Positions 8,407 to 15,600 of a stretch of DNA of 20,000 nt are shown one piece after another (positions within the stretch are counted from its first letter, which is position 1; each line of letters begins with the position of its first letter). The DNA is from Ancylonema sp. (lineage: Eukaryota). The notes below the pieces were generated by a model. That model saw nothing but the letters and a program-made list of their open reading frames with translations. It did not search any database and was not told where the DNA came from. Made by a program: the position numbers and the translations under genes. The stretch spans positions 61,039 to 81,038 of the forward strand of contig JBFLGF010000188.1 in NCBI GenBank assembly GCA_050230475.1, in the 5' to 3' direction.

Positions 8407-10323
8407 ATGGCCACATCCTTGCCTACGTCTGCTGTGTCCCTTACTCCGCAGACCCTCCCGACCATTGCGCCACGTGTGAAAGTCGTTTCTGCCAAGGAGG
8501 AAGAATCTGACGTGGAATTCGACGATGCCAGTAGCCGGGTACTGGAGACGAGCGGTTCCGAATACAACGACGCGGAATTCTACGACGCGCGGAGCAGACG
8601 TGGCAGCTTGAGCTCTAATAATTCCGAGTCCGGTTTCGCGATCCGTACGCCCGTCAACGACATATTCCAGGACGCGCACAGCGGACTCGCTAACAACGCG
8701 TCGAAAGCCGAAATCGCGGAGCTGGCAGACACGACGGGTCATCATGACGACCTGGTCGCACGTGCGACGAAGCTTCTGCCAGGTGGAGGGAGCGATTCCG
8801 AGGGAGTGGGAGCTGACGGAATCGAGAAAAGTGCACAGGAAGAGGACGGCAGAATTAAGAGTTACCCGAAGCTGGGGATTTCTGCCAGGACTTCTGCCGA
8901 GCACCTGAGTTTCGATGCCGGGAATAGTGGGGAGGTGGAGGAAGAGGTGGAGGAGGAGGAGGAAGAAGAGGAAGAAGAAGGAGAGGAAGAGGATGAGGAT
9001 GAAGAAGAGGAAGAGGGGGGAGGGGGGGAGGAGGACGAGGAGGGAGAGGGGGGGGAAGGGGTTATAGAAGGGGGGAAGGGACATAGTAAGGGTAATGGAG
9101 TTTCTGCTGACGTGGCGGAACCCTATCGGCTCGGAGTCAAGCATCCCGATGACGTCACAGGAATTCAGTTTGACAACACGCATGTAGAGGGGATGAAAGT
9201 CATTGCGAGAGGAGAGGAGGAGGAGGAGGAGGAGGAGGAGGAGGAGGGGGAGGAGGAGGGGGAGGAGGAGGAGGGGGAGGAGGAGGAAGAGGAAGAGGTC
9301 GAAGAGCCTCCCGCATTAAAAGTACGCGTTGCTGACGTGGAGGGTGCAGTGGGGGAGCCGCCAGAGGGGTTGGGGTCGAGGGAGGGGCCAGTAGGAGACA
9401 AAGCAGAGGTACACGTGGCACCACCACCCCTCCGGGTGTCCGAATCTTACATGCCAGCTGGGATGGCTTATGAAGGGAAGGGAGGTGGAGGGGGGGTGGA
9501 GGAGGAGAAGGAGGAGGAAGAGGAGGGGGAGGAGGAGGAGGAGGAGGAGGAAGTCACAATTCCTCGTGCTCCTGTCACCCCCCATCATGAAGATCACTCT
9601 GGGGGGGGGTTCCTGTACGGACACGTGGCAGGTACGGAACGCCCAGGTATCTCTCAGGTGGTTGCGCCAGAGACTCAGGTGTCCGCAACAGAGCTCCTCC
9701 AACTCGTGCCAGCTGTCGCGGAGACGGAGGGGGTTTGCTCGTCCACTCCTGAGGTGACACCTGGCAAGATCGCGGATCAGGCTCCCTCAGAAGAGAGTAC
9801 AGGTGGCGCTGCGGGGTTGGGGGCGGAAACTTTGCCAGCTGGATCTCTGTCAGAAACACCTGACCATGTGCCAGCTGTCGTCTCCAGGGAGGTGGGAGCC
9901 AACCAGGGTCTGCCACCTGCCAGCCACGTGTCTGCTAGCCGAGATAAGCCACCTGTCGTAGCTGATGACGTGGCAGGAAGCCCATCACCTGTCTTGTTGG
10001 GAACCCCTGAACACATACCAGGTGCCCGGTCAGGCGAGGAGATCGTAGTCCCTGAACCGGCTGCGGCTCTGTTGATTGCACCTGAACAGGTGCCTGTCAC
10101 AACTTCAGAGGGGGGCTCAGAATCTTCCTCGAATCTACCTCCCCAAGCGTCCCGCGAGCCCAGAAATGAGCCCAAAACCGCTTATTCTGCCCGCGAGAGC
10201 GAGGAGGCAGACGAGTGTTTGGAGCATGAGGACGATAAGGCAAATATGAGCGGGTGTATGGCTGTGGTCTACGCTTTGTCCACGTATATTTCCAAGATTG
10301 TGGGAACAAAATCTACGAAGTGA
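8407..10323 (+). CDS. Uncharacterised acidic, intrinsically disordered protein (638 aa) with three FFAT-like motifs, poly-Glu tracts and amphipathic C-terminal tail
   Basis: 1917-nt uninterrupted ORF, ATG in aagcATGG context, frame preserved through three (GAG/GAA)n tracts, GC-rich against AT-rich flanks, followed by a T-rich 3' UTR-like region; no recognisable folded domain. Confidence 0.75.
   Translation: MATSLPTSAVSLTPQTLPTIAPRVKVVSAKEEESDVEFDDASSRVLETSGSEYNDAEFYDARSRRGSLSSNNSESGFAIRTPVNDIFQDAHSGLANNASKAEIAELADTTGHHDDLVARATKLLPGGGSDSEGVGADGIEKSAQEEDGRIKSYPKLGISARTSAEHLSFDAGNSGEVEEEVEEEEEEEEEEGEEEDEDEEEEEGGGGEEDEEGEGGEGVIEGGKGHSKGNGVSADVAEPYRLGVKHPDDVTGIQFDNTHVEGMKVIARGEEEEEEEEEEEGEEEGEEEEGEEEEEEEVEEPPALKVRVADVEGAVGEPPEGLGSREGPVGDKAEVHVAPPPLRVSESYMPAGMAYEGKGGGGGVEEEKEEEEEGEEEEEEEEVTIPRAPVTPHHEDHSGGGFLYGHVAGTERPGISQVVAPETQVSATELLQLVPAVAETEGVCSSTPEVTPGKIADQAPSEESTGGAAGLGAETLPAGSLSETPDHVPAVVSREVGANQGLPPASHVSASRDKPPVVADDVAGSPSPVLLGTPEHIPGARSGEEIVVPEPAAALLIAPEQVPVTTSEGGSESSSNLPPQASREPRNEPKTAYSARESEEADECLEHEDDKANMSGCMAVVYALSTYISKIVGTKSTK
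8932..9552 (+). repeat. Three (GAG/GAA)n trinucleotide tracts encoding poly-Glu
   Basis: Tracts at ~8932-9060, ~9214-9303 and ~9499-9552. Confidence 0.95.
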
Positions 10324-10791
10324 GGGAAAGGGACGCGACGGGGTAGCATTTTTTGTGAGCCTTTATTTTTAATTTTTGTTTACAGATTCTGTTCTTTTCC
10401 GAATTTCCATTTTTAGGAGGAGAGGGTAAAGGTGGGATTGGTAGCACAATTGATGCTTACTATGTAGTAGAGTAGATTGTGCATGCGATATATACAAATT
10501 TAGAAGACATGGAGAATATACGAATGGGAGAATGCGGTGTTCCGTTGTGCCTTTCGTAATGAAAGACGAAAATAATTTAGAGGTACTTTTTTTTAAAGGA
10601 GGGGGAGCGGGGGGGGGTGGGATAGTGACTCGAAGTCCATTGCGAATTCGGTGGTTATGGCTTGTGTTAGATGGCGTATGTTGGAAAGGTCGCAATTTTT
10701 ATAGAAAAAAAACACGTTGATCATTTTCTTTTAGGCCCATGATATCTCAAGAGCACTTTTCCAATGTGCGTGTTTTGAAGGGGGGGGGGGT

Positions 10792-10829
10792 CATGTCCGT
10801 ACATGCCCGCACATGTCCGTACATGTCCG
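10792..10829. repeat. 10-bp tandem repeat (CATGTCCGTA) about x4
   Basis: catgtccgta catgcccgca catgtccgta catgtccg. Confidence 0.8.
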
Positions 10830-11262
10830 TTGTGCAAAAGTGGCTAGGAGTACGAAGATATGGTCCCGAACCCTGCAAGCCTTTCTTGTGACTTACAAGC
10901 CAAGAGTTGACCACTTTTTTTGTTGCATCAAAGTTGGGAGCTTCAAAACTTACGCATTCTTTTGCTTCGTTTGTTGGAGTATTGTCGGAAAACGAGTAGG
11001 GGAATGTCACCGGGCTCTCTCTTTTGTTACATTAGGTTCCACGTGCCATTACTGCAAATTGGACCATGTGTTAATTGGCATTGTCATGACGGTAAACTTA
11101 ATAGTTACCTTAATTGTTACTCATGTCTGTCACAACTAGGGTGATTAAAAGAGCAAGTTAGGCAAGATATCGTGAATGGAACGCCAAAACCCCAAATTTA
11201 CCGACAGTAACCGGTCCCTATCATCATTGTAAGGAGATCAACCGAATAAGGATCTATAAATA

Positions 11263-11320
11263 TTGGGGGTTGATAACAAATCCGGATCCGGATCGGATCC
11301 GGATCGGAACCGGATTGGAA
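11263..11320. repeat. GGATC(C) short repeat cluster, possible hAT-type MITE subterminal remnant
   Basis: tccggatccggatcggatccggatcggaaccggattgg preceded by ttgggggttgataac, resembling a TAGGGGTG hAT terminus; no matching other end found. Confidence 0.35.
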
Positions 11321-12329
11321 CACGAATCATTAGTGATTGTTTATTGGGAACAAAACATCTCGTATCCACAGAATGTGGGTGAAGAATTGTTTTACTTATG
11401 ACCTACTTGTTCCTTCAACACACCCTCACAACCAATTACAAATATCCTACTTTCAACGTACATGATTAATGATTATTCCTGAGACCCTAATCCTTAGACA
11501 AATAAATGATTTTCTGAAAGAAAACCACTCCCTTTGTATCAAGATCCTAGGTATACCGTAGTAGCAACACAATGACCCAGTTTTAAAAATCAAATGATTC
11601 AATTGATGAATCACCATTTGACCCAGCCCGCGCACCCAATAGAACATATACCGAAATCCTGAAAAATATTTATTATCTAGTGACCCACATTATAGAATGA
11701 CCCTTTTTTTTTTTTTTTTGGATGTAATTTGACGGTCAAATTTTGACCCGAACCATTTTTTCCATGATTATTTGACGGTCACTATGTGTGGCTACTACGG
11801 TAGACGACAAAGACATCAACAATAGCTTAAAAAATCATAGCATCCGACTTGCGTATTCACGTCTTTTAGTTCATCGATCATGACACTCATGAAAGTAAAA
11901 CAATTGATGACTAGAATGATGACAATGTTGGTAATGGTAGAAAACCGTTTGATGTCTACTAATATTGGTTGTGCGGGTGTCATGCTTACGTGATCCAAAA
12001 AATATATAACTTCCCCGAAAATGGTATATTTGGGGAGTTTTAGGGATGACAAACACACTTGCTTTGCTGATGATCGTGTCACCCACTAACATAGAAATAG
12101 AAAACACAATACAAATTCATCCTCCATCCCCATCCTCGTCATATCAAAAGCGCCCAAGTGCTCATTTTTAGATCACAAAACAAACGAGCATAGGTGTCAT
12201 TACATACCCCAAAAAAAATACACAATACACAAAAAAAATGGTCCTTCTATTCTCTACAACCTCGTCTCTCTCCTAATTATCAACAAAAAAAAAATGGGGG
12301 AACAATAAGGCAAAAATAGGGCCGGCCCT

Positions 12330-12608
12330 CTACAACGATCCCTCTTTTCTCCCGATACTGAGCAACCGCACTTTGTCTTTCAAAGCCCCCCTCCTAGCAG
12401 ACGCGACTCGATTCGACGGCTCGTAACTCAACGCCTCTTCGTACGCTTTCAACGCTCCCGGGAGGTCTTTTTTTTTCTCGAGAGCATCCCCCAAATTATT
12501 CCACGCCGTCACGTACGCGGGTTGCAACTTGACCGCTTTTTGGTACTGGGCTACCGCTTTTTCCATGGAGTCCTCAGAAAAGTAACTGAAGCCGAGGGCG
12601 TTGTGGAC
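12330..12608 (-). CDS. PYG7: PYG7 exon 5 (TPR2-3, stop)
   Basis: tac[71 protein letters not shown]...SL*. Confidence 0.95.
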   Translation of the reverse strand, partial: VHNALGFSYFSEDSMEKAVAQYQKAVKLQPAYVTAWNNLGDALEKKKDLPGALKAYEEALSYEPSNRVASARRGALKDKVRLLSIGRKEGSL

Positions 12609-15600
12609 CTGTAGAGTAGGACAAAAATCATGCCCCAACTTTTGTTTAGCTTTTAGTTTTTTTTTTTTTTTGGGAGTGTTTGTGTATGTTTGGATATACA
12701 GTACCAAAGTCATGGTTGTTGGGGCTAGGAATTCCGAAATGAAAACCAACAAAGAAAAGGAAAAACCCCAAAAACATGGGTTGTTCAAATTGTGAGTTTT
12801 GGCACCTGAATTTCGGTTTTAGAGGTTTTAGCTCCTTGAAGATTCAATGATGAAGTGTCTGATTGGAAACAGTATACTATAAAGAGTAATTTAAACATAA
12901 TATTTGGAATATCAATCAGAGAGTAAATATATTTAGTAGGTCAATAGTTTGAAATAGTATAACTACATAATACCAACTTTAATACTTATGTTGTGATTAC
13001 TAGTAAACTTATGTTGTGGACTAAAATTGAAAAAGAAAAGGCCCATACTCATGTGTAAGGGAAGCCCCCCCCTCTCTTCCACCTCCTGATACCCATTCTT
13101 CTAATTTTTTCTTCAAAACTTTTTAATCCGAAACCCTCACTACTTCATCATAAACCTCCCTCAAAATAAATAAATAAATAAATAAATACGAGAGAAGAAG
13201 TTGAGGTGCAAAAACACATTTACTTCTCATGGCGTTTCCACCAACACAAATGCCTGAAAAAAATAAGCCTGAACCCGCAAAACCCTAAAACAAAAAAAAA
13301 TCAAACCCCTCCCACTTCCACAACTCCAATTTTGAAAGACCAGAACCGAAAACTCGTAATTCTACACACCCCCGTTCTCATCCCAGGTCTAATATGTATT
13401 CTACATAGTAGACCTGAGATTCGGACCATTTGATCATCTTAAGTCAAACCCAGCCAAACAAAATTCTACACCCTAAAACCCTTCAAATCCTAAACCCCAA
13501 ACCCTCTAATCCAATAGCCTGACTGTAAGCCTTATACGTCACGTTTCACAGATATTCCCCTCTCTCCCTTACTCTGTTTTTATTATCACGTCTGACCTAC
13601 CGGGATAGAAACCCAATAGCCAGACCCTAAATTCAAAAAAACCCAAAAGCCAGTCCCTAAATTCAAAAAAATCCCAAAAGCTATACCCTAAATTCAAAAA
13701 ATCCCAAACCCTCAAACCGACCCCCGCAGGTCAACCCCTGAATAGTAAGAAACCCTACAATAGTATGAAACCCTAAATTAGAATGAAACCCTAAATTAGT
13801 ATGAAACCCTAAATTAGTATGAAACCCTGTATGAGTATGAAACCCTAAATTTGTATGACACCCTGAAGTTATTTGAGACCCTACATTAGTATAAAACCGT
13901 GTTGTTTTTAGTATGAATACTGCACCAAGATTCTGTTCCGACACATATTTTGAAAAACATATTTTAAAATGCTCTTCCCCCCCACATCCCCACCCCCAAC
14001 CCCCACCCCCACACCCCCAACCCCCATCCCCCCCAAATTCCCCCACCCCCCACCCCCCCCCCCAACTTCCAAACCCGAACCCCCCCCCACCCACCCCCAA
14101 ACCCTCCCAACCCCCCCCCCCCCCCCCCCCCCCCAACCTGCGCCAGATCCTGCTCCTCCCCCTCCCACTTCTTGATTGCCTGCTCCAGGTAACGATTCGC
14201 CATCAAGTAGAACTTCTTCCTCAGCATCACGGCACCAAGCTCGAAATATTCTTCAGAGGATGCCTGGCCGGATCGAACACGCTCCTGTCACCACCCCCCG
14301 GAGATAACCGGTTTGTGAGTAACCGCTTTTTTTTTGGGGGGGGGGGGATGGCCTTTCGAAAACCGCTTCTTAAATTTCCGCTTCTTGACCAAAGCTTGTT
14401 GATAACCGGGGAAATGGCCTCTTGATAACCGCTACTGTATAGCTGCTTATTGATAACCGCTTCTTCATAATACCCAGTTCAAAGACTGCTTTCGGATTTT
14501 CAGAAACCTTTTTTCATTTACTTTTTATTTATCACCTTGTTCATCACACCACAAACTCCCAGCCCCCAGCCCCCTGCAGCCCTGCATACTGCCTTCTCAT
14601 TTCTAAAATACATTATCTCATTTCAAAACATATTATCTCATGTCGAAACATATTATCTCATTTCAAAACATATCATCTCATTTCAAACCATGTCATCTCA
14701 TTTCAAACCATGTCATCTCATTTCAAAACAAACGGAAACCCACTAACACAAAAAAAAGTCACCTCTAACATGTGCCTTTACACCAAATGTGTGCCCATAA
14801 CCAAACTCCACCTAGAACTCCTTCCATTCACATGTGCTTATAACAAGGGTGTGCTTGATCCACCCAAACCCCAATACAAGAACCCTAAAAAATCCATAAA
14901 AAAGGATTCCTACACCGAATGTTTCTCATATGTACCACACTTGTAGAGTAAAATTGCAAAAAAAAAAAAAAAACCTAAAAAAAAAGTGCCATAGTGCCAT
15001 AGCCACCAGGTTCCCACAACGGGATTCCTTACATGAAGGTGTGAGTGTACAGTAAAAATGCAAAGTGCACCCCCCCCCCAATTACCTGTAACTCCTTTGC
15101 TGCGTTTTCCAGTTCTCTTCTGACGAGCACCTGCCTCACCACCAGGAAGGATCCGGAAGCCAACAGGGCCAAAAGAGCGCCCAGATAAAGGAATTGAACA
15201 GAATTGTCCAAAAAGGAGGCAGTCTGGGGGAAGGGGGGAAGGGGGGAAGGGGGTGGGGAGGATTGGGGGGGGTTGGGGAGGAGGGGTGGGTGGGGGTTTT
15301 GAAGGGGGGGGGGGGGTGTACATGGGGCTTTTGCTTGTTATTGGGGGTGATTACGGTAAAACCCGGGTATGAGAAACATAAGAGAGTCGGCAGAAACAAT
15401 GTCTCTTATGCAAAATCACGTTCTCAGTGTAGATGTGCAAAACAGTCCGAAAAATCAAAACAGTCTGAGGAAATTGTCTCTAATAAAGAGGAGTTTGTTG
15501 TTGAGTGTAGAGGCAAATATTTGAACATTTGAAACTTATGAACTTAGTTCGAAATGGGTAATTGTCTGCTGTGAGGAACTTTTTTTTGCTTTTTTTTCCT

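Noticed and set aside
8296..10309. Minus-strand and alternative-frame ORFs (295 aa Leu/Phe-rich, poly-Ser, poly-Pro, poly-Arg)
   Set aside because: Shadows of the (GAG)n-rich 638-aa ORF
8407..10323. Toc159-family receptor or SEIPIN identity for the acidic ORF
   Set aside because: An acidic region and E-F-x-D/E-A motifs are shared, but there is no GTPase/M domain, seipin domain or paired TM helices, and no downstream exons are evident before the convergent PYG7 3' end
11453..12107. Short minus-strand ORFs downstream of PYG7
   Set aside because: AT-rich, no recognisable motifs or coherent splice structure
13681..14425. Extensin-like poly-Pro and Gly-rich ORFs
   Set aside because: Translation artefacts of the intronic C/G tract overlapping PYG7 exon 4; the same applies to 14910-15532
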